This document shows, in pieces, positions 27,272 through 36,170 of a stretch of DNA of 64,000 nucleotides. The notes beneath the pieces were generated by a model. It worked only from the letters and a program-made list of their open reading frames with translations, did no database searches and was not told the DNA's origin. Positions within the stretch are counted from its first letter, which is position 1. Every line of letters starts with the position of its first letter. The stretch comes from Vicinamibacterales bacterium (GTDB taxonomy: Bacteria; Acidobacteriota; Vicinamibacteria; Vicinamibacterales; JAMQPK01): contig DATEEI010000117.1 in the NCBI GenBank assembly GCA_035281225.1, positions 62,720-126,719 on the forward strand. Reading direction: 5' to 3'. Made by a program: the position numbers and the translations under genes.

Positions 27272-29626
27272 ATGCCAGTCCGACGTTCTCGCAACGCGAT
27301 CTCCAATTGCATTCGGCTGGCGTGCGGTCTTCTGGCGTTCTACTGCCCGCCGGCCGACGCCCAGTCCCTCTCTCTCGCAGGTCGCGTGAGCGATACGACG
27401 GGAGCCCCATTGCCGGGCGTGTCCGTGCAATTGCGCACGCCTGACGCAAGGCAGCGCGTTGAAACCGTTACCGACGTCGCCGGAAAGTACCGCCTCGACG
27501 TGCGCGAGTCCCGGCAGTATCAGCTGTCGTTCTCGCTCATGACGTTCGGTCGGGTCACGAAAACAATCACGGCGGCGGCCAGCGATACGATTGTTGACGC
27601 CGTACTGCCACTGGCGTTTACGGCGGACGTCACCGTCACGGGACGCCGCACGTTTCGCAACATCGAAAACGCGGAAGACCCGGCGCGCAACCTGATCGGG
27701 CTGGCCAGCGCTGCGTCGGAAGGCGCCGTGACGGCGAAACAGTTGGAGAACCGGCCGCTGCAGCGCCCTGGCGAGGTGCTGGAAGCGGTACCAGGACTCG
27801 TCATCAGCCAGCATAGCGGTGAAGGAAAAGCCAATCAGTACTATCTACGCGGCTTCAACCTGGATCACGGAACCGACTTTGCCGTCAGCGTCGCCGGAGT
27901 CCCGGTCAACATGCCGACCCACGCGCACGGACAAGGATGGTCCGACGTCAATTTCCTGATCCCGGAGCTCGTGAGCGGCGTGCAGTTCAAGAAGGGCCCG
28001 TACTACGCCGAGGAAGGCGACTTCTCCACCGCGGGCGCGGCGAACATCAACTACGTCGGCGTCCTCGAACGGCCACTCGTGCGGCTCACTGCCGGCGGCG
28101 ATCGATTCGGGAGGTTCCTTGCGGCGGCGTCGCCTCGACTGGGCCCTGGACATCTCCTTGTGGCCGTTGAGACCGGACACAACGACGGCCCCTGGCAGAA
28201 CCCTGAACGGTACCGAAGACTGAACGGTGTTGTGCGCTACAGCCAGGGTGACACGCGACAAGGGTCGTCGATCACGGCGATGGCCTACGACGCCCGGTGG
28301 ACAGCAACCGATCAAATACCCCGGCGTGCTATCGACAAAGGGCTGATCTCACGCTTCGGCACGCTTGATGGTTCTGACGGTGGGAAGACGCACCGCTTCA
28401 CGCTCTCCGCCGACGTCCAGCGATCGGGCCCGTCAAGCACGACGAAAGTTGTGGGGTACTTCATGGACTACGGGCTGGACCTCTTCTCCAACTTCACGTA
28501 CCAACTGAACGATTCGGTCAACGGCGATCAGTTCGAACAAGTCGACGATCGCCGGGTGTTCGGCGGCCGCGCCAGCCATCGACGCCAGAGTCTGTGGGCA
28601 GGCCGCACGCTCGAGCACAACATGGGTGTGCAACTTCGGCACGACGAGATCGGCGCGCTCGGACTGTACGCCACACGGGAGCGCCAGCGGTTGACGGCAA
28701 CCCGTGAAGATCGTGTGCGCCAGACCTCGATCGGCATGTACTACCAGGGCGAGTTGGCATTCACCGACAGACTTCGGGCGACGGCGGGCCTCCGTGGTGA
28801 CCTCTATCGCTTTAGGGTGCGGAGCACCAGGCCCGAAAACGCAGGGACCGATCTGGCCGGGCTACTCAGCCCCAAGCTCGGCGTCGTGTTTGCCCCGTCG
28901 GGCAAGCTGGAACTGTATGGAAATTTCGGGTACGGGTATCACAGCAACGACGGGCGCGGCGCCACCATGTCGGTCGATCCGATGACGGGCACACGAGTGG
29001 AGCCTGTTACACCGCTCGTCCGCACCCGCGGTGGGGAGCTCGGACTCCGCACCATTCTCATTCCCAAGGTCCAGACGACAGTAGCCGTGTGGGGGTTGAG
29101 CCTCGATTCCGAGCTTGTCTTCGTCGGCGACGCCGGGACGACAGAACCGGGGCGACCAAGCCGGCGGTCGGGTGTGGAATGGGCGAGCTCCTATAGTCCT
29201 CGTCCGTGGCTCTCGTTCGACGCGGACGTCTCATGGTCGTCGGCCAGGTTCACGGATGGTGGTTCGTCAGGATCGGCGATTCCGGGAGCGGTACGGCAGG
29301 TCGCGTCGGTTGGCGCATCGGTCAGCGAACACCATCGAATCTCCGCCGGGCTTCGCCTCCGCTATCTTGGCCCGCGTCCGCTCGTCGAAGATGCCACGGT
29401 GACGTCGACACGCTCGCTCGTCGTCAACATGGAGGCCGGGTACCGCATAGCGCCGCGGACACGGATTGTGGTGGACGTGCTGAACCTGTTCAACTCGAGT
29501 GCTAGTGACATCGAGTACTACTACGCGTCGCGCCTGGCGGGTGAGCCATCCGGGGGCCGCGACGATATTCACACACACCCGTTGCAACCGCGCACGGCGC
29601 GCATCGGCGTTCAGGTCGAGTTCTGA
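27272..29626 (+). CDS. TonB-dependent receptor with N-terminal carboxypeptidase-regulatory-like domain
   Basis: 'LAGRVSDTTGAPLPGVSVQL...TDVAGKYRLD' (CarboxypepD_reg); plug 'PGEVLEAVPGLVISQHSGEGKANQYYLRGF'; beta-barrel ending in terminal Phe. Confidence 0.85.
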   Translation: MPVRRSRNAISNCIRLACGLLAFYCPPADAQSLSLAGRVSDTTGAPLPGVSVQLRTPDARQRVETVTDVAGKYRLDVRESRQYQLSFSLMTFGRVTKTITAAASDTIVDAVLPLAFTADVTVTGRRTFRNIENAEDPARNLIGLASAASEGAVTAKQLENRPLQRPGEVLEAVPGLVISQHSGEGKANQYYLRGFNLDHGTDFAVSVAGVPVNMPTHAHGQGWSDVNFLIPELVSGVQFKKGPYYAEEGDFSTAGAANINYVGVLERPLVRLTAGGDRFGRFLAAASPRLGPGHLLVAVETGHNDGPWQNPERYRRLNGVVRYSQGDTRQGSSITAMAYDARWTATDQIPRRAIDKGLISRFGTLDGSDGGKTHRFTLSADVQRSGPSSTTKVVGYFMDYGLDLFSNFTYQLNDSVNGDQFEQVDDRRVFGGRASHRRQSLWAGRTLEHNMGVQLRHDEIGALGLYATRERQRLTATREDRVRQTSIGMYYQGELAFTDRLRATAGLRGDLYRFRVRSTRPENAGTDLAGLLSPKLGVVFAPSGKLELYGNFGYGYHSNDGRGATMSVDPMTGTRVEPVTPLVRTRGGELGLRTILIPKVQTTVAVWGLSLDSELVFVGDAGTTEPGRPSRRSGVEWASSYSPRPWLSFDADVSWSSARFTDGGSSGSAIPGAVRQVASVGASVSEHHRISAGLRLRYLGPRPLVEDATVTSTRSLVVNMEAGYRIAPRTRIVVDVLNLFNSSASDIEYYYASRLAGEPSGGRDDIHTHPLQPRTARIGVQVEF

Positions 29627-30309
29627 TGGACGCACGATCTGTGTTTGTCACCGGCGGCACCGGGTACATCGGCCGGCCGCTCATTGCCGCACTGCTCGAC
29701 CGCGGGTATGCCGTTCACGCACTCGTGCGGCCGGGCTCGGAAGCCAAGCTGCCGCGCGGTGCACTGCAGGTATTCGGGAATGCGCTCGACCCTTCGACGT
29801 TTGCGGCCGGTATCCCGCCCAACGCCACAGTGGTTCACCTCGTGGGCACGCCGCATCCCAGTCCGGCGAAGGCAGCTGAATTCCGTCGCGTGGATCTCCC
29901 TTCGATCCGCGCGACGACGACCGCGGCGCAACAGGCGACTGCGCGGCACATCGTCTACGTGAGCGTGGCGCACCCGGCGCCGATCATGCGGGCCTATATC
30001 GCGGTGCGGCAAGAGGGTGAATCGCTCGTGGAGGCGACCGGAATTCCCGCGACGATCCTGCGGCCCTGGTACGTGCTGGGGCCTGGTCATCGGTGGCCGT
30101 ATCTTCTGATCCCGATCTATGCCGCGCTTCGCTGGTTGCCCGCGACGCGCGCCGGGGCCGAGCGGCTTGGCCTCGTGACTCGGGACGCGATGATCGCGGC
30201 TCTGGTCAGAGCTATCGAGGCGCCACCGGCGCAAGGCGTCCGCCGCGTCGGCGTCCCCGAGATCCGGCGCACCACATTCGACACATCCAAATCAATCTCG
30301 ACTGCGTAG
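29626..30309 (+). CDS. NAD(P)H-binding SDR/NmrA-like oxidoreductase
   Basis: 1-nt overlap (TGATG) with the receptor stop. Rossmann 'VFVTGGTGYIGRPLIAALLDRGYAV'. Confidence 0.8.
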   Translation: MDARSVFVTGGTGYIGRPLIAALLDRGYAVHALVRPGSEAKLPRGALQVFGNALDPSTFAAGIPPNATVVHLVGTPHPSPAKAAEFRRVDLPSIRATTTAAQQATARHIVYVSVAHPAPIMRAYIAVRQEGESLVEATGIPATILRPWYVLGPGHRWPYLLIPIYAALRWLPATRAGAERLGLVTRDAMIAALVRAIEAPPAQGVRRVGVPEIRRTTFDTSKSISTA

Positions 30310-30383
30310 ACACACACGGAGCGTGGATTCTCTGGAACACCCGCCGCCTTCGGCGCCTCCAGGGCCGCTCCAAGGAGAGTGTT

Positions 30384-31907
30384 ATGAGACGAGTACTGAA
30401 GGGCCTGATCGCGGCGGGCCTCGTGGCCTCCGCCGCGACGATGGTTCAGGGATCGAGCCACAGGGAAGCGCTGGCGGTTCTCAACGAGCCGTGCGCCGAC
30501 AACACGGATACCTATGCCTGGGTCTCCGACGGCGCGCACGACAAGCTGTACCTGATCATGAACTTCAATCCGCTCCACGAGCCGGGTCAAGGCAACCAGG
30601 GTCTGCGAGCCTGTAACGGGTACCGCTACGAGTTCCACATCGCCAAGGGCGCGAGCCTAGAGGACGAGGCCGTGTACCGCGTCGAGTTCACGAACACGCT
30701 GCCCTCCGAGCCAACACCGAGTGCTGGAGATGCTGTGGGTGGCGGTAACGAATTGCTCTGGCAGCTCACCGGCGGTACCGAGACCATGACGGTCACGCGA
30801 GTCTTTGCACCGGTCAGCGGCGCACCCGTCGTTCTCGGCCAGAATTTGCCGGTCCTGCCGAACAACCACGGCCCGCAGACGGACCGGCTCATTTACGGTC
30901 TTGGGGCCTTCGAGGGTTACGATTCCGGAGATCGCACGAGCCGGGAGGAGGGTCTCTACGACCAGCCTTTCGTCGACACCTTCATTCACACCCTCGGGAA
31001 CGGCGGGCGGGCGATCGCCGGCCAATTTGACGATCCGTATCAGCTCGACGAGAAGGGGATCTTCGATCTCGTCAACCTGAGCCGGGACGATCTCGGCGGC
31101 ATCCACGGGGCGCGCCGGGCGCCGGCCCATGATGTGTTCACGGGCTTCAACATCTTCTCAATCGCGCTCGAAATCCCGATAACCGACGTGTTCCCTAGTG
31201 GCATCCCGCACAACGGCACGCTCGCGCCAGGCTCGACCGACAGTCTGCTTCGTGTGTGGACGAGCATCAGCCGCCAGCAGATGCAGACCGTCGATACCAA
31301 CAACAAGATCACCGGCGTCCAGGGGTCCGGTCCTTTCGTGCAGGTCGGTCGCAATGCCCTGCCGCTCTTCAACGCCGGCCTGGTTGGGACCCAGCGTCAT
31401 ACGCTCTACCTGCACAGCAGCCCGCTCCAGGACGTGAGCAACTTCGGCGCCGACGTGCTGTTCCCGGTGCTGGTGCGCGATGCCGAGGCGCTCGGCATCT
31501 ACCGTGCCCTGGGTGTCCCTCCCGGTACGGTTGCCACGTTGAAGGGGCCACGCCTCGACATCATCAACGCGATCAATCTGGGCCGGCCAATCCCGATCGC
31601 CGATGGCTCGACAGGGGACGTCATCACGCTCGACGCGGCCATCGACTCGAGCTTTCCCAACGGCCGGCGCGTCGGCGGTGGATCAGAGCCGAACCGCAAT
31701 CAGGTGAACGTGAACACGGTGCTGATCAGCCTGATTGTGGCGGGCAACCCGGCGGCCCGCCTGGCCAGGGGCATTGAAGTCAACGACAAGGACTATCTCG
31801 ACCGATTCCCGTTCCTGGCTCCGGCACACCAGGGTCTGTTCCAGGGACATGGTGGTGACAACGTTCCAACGGAACCGAACATCCCGAAACCGAAAAATAA
31901 TCCCTGA
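30384..31907 (+). CDS. DUF4331 domain-containing secreted protein
   Basis: Start moved to the ATG at 30384 (AAGGAGAG SD). Signal peptide then 'GSSHREALAVLNEPCADNTDTYAW', the signature N-terminus of DUF4331. Confidence 0.8.
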   Translation: MRRVLKGLIAAGLVASAATMVQGSSHREALAVLNEPCADNTDTYAWVSDGAHDKLYLIMNFNPLHEPGQGNQGLRACNGYRYEFHIAKGASLEDEAVYRVEFTNTLPSEPTPSAGDAVGGGNELLWQLTGGTETMTVTRVFAPVSGAPVVLGQNLPVLPNNHGPQTDRLIYGLGAFEGYDSGDRTSREEGLYDQPFVDTFIHTLGNGGRAIAGQFDDPYQLDEKGIFDLVNLSRDDLGGIHGARRAPAHDVFTGFNIFSIALEIPITDVFPSGIPHNGTLAPGSTDSLLRVWTSISRQQMQTVDTNNKITGVQGSGPFVQVGRNALPLFNAGLVGTQRHTLYLHSSPLQDVSNFGADVLFPVLVRDAEALGIYRALGVPPGTVATLKGPRLDIINAINLGRPIPIADGSTGDVITLDAAIDSSFPNGRRVGGGSEPNRNQVNVNTVLISLIVAGNPAARLARGIEVNDKDYLDRFPFLAPAHQGLFQGHGGDNVPTEPNIPKPKNNP

Positions 31908-31921
31908 AGATCGTTCGATCG

Positions 31922-31953
31922 GAACGGCCCTCGCATGAGGGCCGTTCTTTTTT
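31922..31953 (+). terminator. Rho-independent terminator
   Basis: GAACGGCCCTC-gcat-GAGGGCCGTTC followed by TTTTTT. Confidence 0.8.
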
Positions 31954-31966
31954 CGTGAGGACATCC

Positions 31967-32803
31967 ATGACATCACATGCATCGAGTGCATCGATCTTCC
32001 GTCTTCTCGGCAGGCTCGCGGCGGTGGTGGTCGTCCTAAGCGTGGCACCGCCGCTCTTCGCTCACGACATGTGGATCGATCCGACCACGTTCTTTCCCGA
32101 ACCTGGCACGCTCGTGGGCGTCCGACTCCGGGTCGGTGAGAATCTGATCGGCGATTCGCTGCGGCGCGATCCCTCCCTCATCAATCAGTTTGTTTTCGAG
32201 GACGAAGGCGGGCGCAAGCCGGTCGTCGGTCGCGATGGCGCCAACCCAGCGGGACTTCTGCGCGTCGCCGCGCCAGGCATGCTTGTCGTCGGCTATCGCA
32301 GCAACCCCAGAGCAATCGAGCAGACGGCCGAGAAGTTCAACCAGTATTTAAAAGAAGAAGGGCTCGACGCGATCGCTGCGCTCAGGGCGCGCCGGAATGA
32401 GACGGGCGCCAAGGCGCGCGAGATGTTTTCGCGCTGCGCGAAGAGCCTGGTGCTGTCAGGGCCGGCGAAGGAGGGATCGGGCGACCGGCCACTTGGCTTC
32501 ACGCTCGAGCTCGTCGCCGAACGGAACCCGTACGTGGTCGCGAACGGTCGGGCGCTCCCCTTCCGCTTGATCTACGAGAACCACCCGCTGGCTGGAGCTC
32601 TCGTGGTGGCCATCAATCGGGTCAATCCATCCGAGAAGCTGACCGCCCGCACGGACGCCGACGGCCGAGTGCGATTCCGGTTGACGCGGGGAGGCATGTG
32701 GCTGGTCAAAGCCGTTCACATGGTTCCTGCGCCGGCAGGCGCGAACGCGGAGTGGGTCAGCTACTGGGCCTCGCTCACGTTCGAAACTCGTGCTGCCCGC
32801 TAG
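31967..32803 (+). CDS. DUF4198 domain-containing periplasmic protein
   Basis: The ATG at 31967 follows GAGGA. Signal peptide ending 'PPLFAHDMWIDP', the typical DUF4198 mature N-terminus. Confidence 0.75.
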   Translation: MTSHASSASIFRLLGRLAAVVVVLSVAPPLFAHDMWIDPTTFFPEPGTLVGVRLRVGENLIGDSLRRDPSLINQFVFEDEGGRKPVVGRDGANPAGLLRVAAPGMLVVGYRSNPRAIEQTAEKFNQYLKEEGLDAIAALRARRNETGAKAREMFSRCAKSLVLSGPAKEGSGDRPLGFTLELVAERNPYVVANGRALPFRLIYENHPLAGALVVAINRVNPSEKLTARTDADGRVRFRLTRGGMWLVKAVHMVPAPAGANAEWVSYWASLTFETRAAR

Positions 32804-32822
32804 CGAAATAGTCTGACGGACG

Positions 32823-33281
32823 TTACTCGGAGCGAGGCTTGGCCTGCGACCTCTGAAGCCGGGACGAGGGGGGCGGAGACGACGTCGCTCCCTTCCAATC
32901 CTCGACCTTCAGGCCCGGCACGCGTTGGAACTCCGTGGTGTTGTGTGTGACGAGTGTCAGCTTGCGGGCCTTGGCTTGGCCGGCGATCAGCACATCGTAG
33001 GGGCCAATCGGCGTCCCCTTCGATGCGAGATGCGCACGAACCTCGCCAGCCCGCCGCGCGTCCTCCTGGTCGAACTCCAGCACGGGGAGCTGGAGTGCAT
33101 CCACGCGCGCCACATTCTTCTCGATCCGCTGACTCTTGAACGCGCCGTAGTACAGCTCGTGGATGACGACGGCAGAGATCCCGATGTCCCGCGGCGCATA
33201 CCGTCGGATGCGGCGCGCGATCGGAGACGTCGTGTCGTTGAGCAGGGCAATGACGGCGTTCGCGTCGAGGAGATACCGCAT
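32823..33281 (-). CDS. vapC: PIN-domain toxin VapC
   Basis: 'MRYLLDANAVIALL', 'ISAVVIHELYYG', 'YDVLIAGQA', 'LVTHNTTEF' form the PIN catalytic pattern. 1-nt overlap with the antitoxin stop. Confidence 0.85.
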   Translation of the reverse strand: MRYLLDANAVIALLNDTTSPIARRIRRYAPRDIGISAVVIHELYYGAFKSQRIEKNVARVDALQLPVLEFDQEDARRAGEVRAHLASKGTPIGPYDVLIAGQAKARKLTLVTHNTTEFQRVPGLKVEDWKGATSSPPPSSRLQRSQAKPRSE

Positions 33282-33526
33282 CAGCGGAACACTGTGCCCA
33301 GCTCAGGCCGCTCCGTCGGTTCCGGCTGCTCGCGCACGGCGGACACGAAGTCGTCATCGAGCTCACCCGCGAGGGCATCGAGCCATTCCCATGTGTCGGG
33401 CACCGGTTCCAGCACGATTGCCCGGCCTCGCCGCCGAATCCGGACTTCTCGCCCCTCGACGCGAAAGGCACGCGGCAGTCTCACCGCCTGCGACCGCCCC
33501 GACCAGAAGACCTTCGCCGTTTCCAT
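33281..33526 (-). CDS. vapB: AbrB/SpoVT-type antitoxin VapB
   Basis: 'AKVFWSGRSQAVRLPRAFRVEGREVRIRRRGRAIVLEP' is a SpoVT/AbrB swapped-hairpin signature. GGGAGG SD. Confidence 0.8.
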   Translation of the reverse strand: METAKVFWSGRSQAVRLPRAFRVEGREVRIRRRGRAIVLEPVPDTWEWLDALAGELDDDFVSAVREQPEPTERPELGTVFR

Positions 33527-33592
33527 GATGCCACCTCCCAGTGAGATATACCAAATGAATATAGCATACCCATCCGGCGCCCTCGCTGCGGC

Positions 33593-33748
33593 GTGGTCCG
33601 CACGTCCTTACGCCACGCGGCGAAGCACTATTTGTTCGGCGACTATGGTTTCTACAAGCTCGAAGGGCGCGGCCGGATCGAAGGCCGCTGGACCGAAAAG
33701 CCCGGCAAGCGGCGGAGGCGCGTCTACACGTTCGCGCTGCCCTACTAG
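33593..33748 (+). pseudogene. Possible C-terminal remnant of a PadR-family regulator
   Basis: Frame-2 translation '...YKLEGRGRIEGRWTEKPGKRRRRVYTFALPY*' resembles the PadR wing region ('LE..GLIE.RW.E..G.RRR.Y.LT'). No N-terminal HTH and no credible start. Confidence 0.3.
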
Positions 33749-33847
33749 CAGCGGCGGTCAACTGCCACGTGCGAGACGTCACCTTCTGCAGTTCTGCTCG
33801 TGCGTTTACGTTGCTGGGATCAAGCTCGCAGACGAAGGCGCACCTAC

Positions 33848-33874
33848 GAGACGATTGAGACGGTGAGACGATTG
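33848..33874 (+). repeat. Direct repeats GAGACGATTG (x2, 17-bp period) upstream of the HTH antitoxin gene
   Basis: GAGACGATTG at 33848-33857 and 33865-33874, with related GAGACGG and GATACGATCG copies. They lie 16-40 nt before the 33890 start. Confidence 0.5.
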
Positions 33875-33889
33875 TGATACGATCGGCGC

Positions 33890-34174
33890 GTGGCAGCAGG
33901 AGCAATGGTCACCGTTGAGGAGGCGGGGCGTACCCTTGGCGTCTCGCGTTCGACCGTCTGGCGTCTGATTCAGCGAGGCGACCTCCCGAGCGTTCGTCGA
34001 GGTGGACGGCGCCTCCTCCCGGCGAGCGCCATTCACACGCGCGCCCGGCGGCGCCGGACGGGAGGAATTCCTCCGTTTTCTCACGACCATCCGCTGTTCC
34101 GTCTCGTCGGCGCGGGCCGCGGCGGAGGTCGCGCACCCGGCGCCCGCGACAAGCACGCCCTCCTCGATCGGTGA
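33890..34174 (+). CDS. Excisionase-type HTH (HTH_17) DNA-binding protein, probable antitoxin
   Basis: 'VTVEEAGRTLGVSRSTVWRLIQRGDLPSVRRGGRRLL' is the HTH_17 pattern. GTGA overlap with the downstream PIN gene. Confidence 0.7.
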   Translation: MAAGAMVTVEEAGRTLGVSRSTVWRLIQRGDLPSVRRGGRRLLPASAIHTRARRRRTGGIPPFSHDHPLFRLVGAGRGGGRAPGARDKHALLDR

Positions 34175-34581
34175 CCCGCAGCGTTCTCTGGGATTCGAGC
34201 GCCATTCTCGCATTGCTTGACGCCGACGATGCGGATCATGCGCGCGCGGTCGCCGCAGCTCGTGACATCGCTTCCGAACGGCGGCCGAGCTTCATCACCA
34301 ACTACGTCGAAGCGGAGACCCACGCACTCCTGTTGCGCAAGCTCGGCAGAGGGATCGCTCGCGAGTGGCTCCTGACGGGCGGGTTGACGGTTGTGCCGGT
34401 TCTCCCAGCCGAGGAGCAAAGAGCCAAGGAGATCCTGGCTAGGCACACCGACAAAGACTGGACGTTGTGCGACGCGATCTCGTTCGCCGTGCTCGACGCT
34501 CGTCACGTGACGAGGGCGTTCACCTTCGATCATCACTTCCGACAGTACGGGCGCATTCATGTGCTCGGGTTGAGCCGGTGA
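34171..34581 (+). CDS. PIN-domain toxin (VapC-like)
   Basis: 'VLWDSSAILALLDADDADH', 'ITNYVEAETHALL', 'TLCDAISFAVL', 'AFTFDHHF'. Confidence 0.8.
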   Translation: MTRSVLWDSSAILALLDADDADHARAVAAARDIASERRPSFITNYVEAETHALLLRKLGRGIAREWLLTGGLTVVPVLPAEEQRAKEILARHTDKDWTLCDAISFAVLDARHVTRAFTFDHHFRQYGRIHVLGLSR

Positions 34582-34644
34582 CGCGTCATGCGCCATGCGG
34601 CGACCCTCAGGTGCGTCAGCGAGGCCGTCGTCGGGATTGAACCT

Positions 34645-36156
34645 CTAAGGCACGGCTCGCCCCCGTAGCGTCACCGTACCGATCTCCGTCGGTTCGGATG
34701 CGAAGATGATGACGTCATCGCCGCGGAACTCAATGTCGAATAGATACCGATTGATGCGGACGAGGCGATTGAACTCGATGCGGAATCGTCCGCTAGGCAA
34801 CCAGTCGCCGCGACCCGCGGATGCGGCTCCTGTCTCGTCTTCGCTCATGCGGTAGACGCCATCCAGACCCAGTCGTTGCACCAGCTCTGCGCCATCTGTC
34901 AGTCCCAATCGGAGTATCGCCTCGGGTTCAGCAAATGTGACCGAGAACGAACGGATGCGAAGAGAGTTCTCTTCGAGGCGGTAGACGCGACCTGCCACTC
35001 CGTCGATGCCGGGTGGCGCGACCGACCTCGCTGGAGGCCGCGTTTCGATCGACCGGAGCGCCTGAGCAAGCCGAGCCCTGCCCTGCGAATTATCGGGAAG
35101 CGGTGTATCCGCGCGAATTGCTGCAAGAAGATAGCGACCTATGTCGCCGGGCTCGAAACCGCCGCCGGTCATCACGACAACGACGTCTTTGCCAGGAACG
35201 ACACTGATTCGCTGTCCTCCACGACCGTTGGCTTCGAACAGTGTGGGGACAGTCTTCGATACCCACCATCCAGCCCCGTAGTCTTCATTGTGACTAACCT
35301 TCGCGGCGGCCGTGCGCGAACGCTCGACCCACGCAGCGTCGACCACTTGCCGGTCTGCCCACCGGCCATTGCGAAGCATCAAGAGTCCCAACTTCGCCAT
35401 GTCGCGAGGGCGAAGCTGCAAGTCACCCCATCCGTGATTGATCCCCTGCGGATCCACTGGCCAATAGACGTCGGTGATTCCAAGGGGCGCAAACAGACGT
35501 TCCCGCGCGTAGTCAAGCGTCCGCCGTCCTGTGCCCGCGGTAATCGCTGCTGACAGCAGATGGAAATTTGGACTGCAGTACCGAAAGCGCGTCGCCGGAT
35601 CTTCCGTCACCGGCAGGTCCAACGCGTACCGAATCCAATCAGGACTGGCGGTCATGTCTCGAAGCTCAGGCTCGCCAGCGTTTACGCCACAGCGGAAACC
35701 TGATTGCATCGACAGCAGGTCGCGGATTCGAACGTTGGCGTTCCGACTAGCTGAGCGGGCGGGCGCTCCTGGCCGGAGCACAGAAACGATCGTTTGGTCG
35801 ACGTCACGCAGAGATCCGTCCTTGACTGCGATTCCGGTGAGCACGGACACAACGCTCTTGGTGACTGAAGCCACGTCGTGACGCAGATCCCGCGTGAACG
35901 GATAGAAATATGCGTCGAGCACCAAGACCCCGTTCCGTATCATGAGCAGGCTATGGATGTTGAGGTCCCGCGCTCGCGCGAACTCCAACGCGTCCGCCAG
36001 GTCGCGCGAGTCGATGCCCTGCGCCTCGGGCATCGATTCGGCCCATGCCCCAGTAGGCCATCGTTCGGGCTTGGACGGGCTCTCGGCAGTCTGACCAGCG
36101 CTCGGCAGCTGGCCACCGATCAGCGCAACAACTAATGTCAGGGCGGCGCGCCTCAT
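34645..36156 (-). CDS. Secreted beta-lactamase-family serine hydrolase
   Basis: Start moved to the ATG at 36156 (the listed ORF's first 286 codons overlap the upstream gene). Signal 'MRRAALTLVVALIGG'; catalytic 'ASVTKSVVSVL' (SxxK). Confidence 0.85.
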   Translation of the reverse strand: MRRAALTLVVALIGGQLPSAGQTAESPSKPERWPTGAWAESMPEAQGIDSRDLADALEFARARDLNIHSLLMIRNGVLVLDAYFYPFTRDLRHDVASVTKSVVSVLTGIAVKDGSLRDVDQTIVSVLRPGAPARSASRNANVRIRDLLSMQSGFRCGVNAGEPELRDMTASPDWIRYALDLPVTEDPATRFRYCSPNFHLLSAAITAGTGRRTLDYARERLFAPLGITDVYWPVDPQGINHGWGDLQLRPRDMAKLGLLMLRNGRWADRQVVDAAWVERSRTAAAKVSHNEDYGAGWWVSKTVPTLFEANGRGGQRISVVPGKDVVVVMTGGGFEPGDIGRYLLAAIRADTPLPDNSQGRARLAQALRSIETRPPARSVAPPGIDGVAGRVYRLEENSLRIRSFSVTFAEPEAILRLGLTDGAELVQRLGLDGVYRMSEDETGAASAGRGDWLPSGRFRIEFNRLVRINRYLFDIEFRGDDVIIFASEPTEIGTVTLRGRAVP

Positions 36157-36170
36157 TGGGTGGAGCTTAC

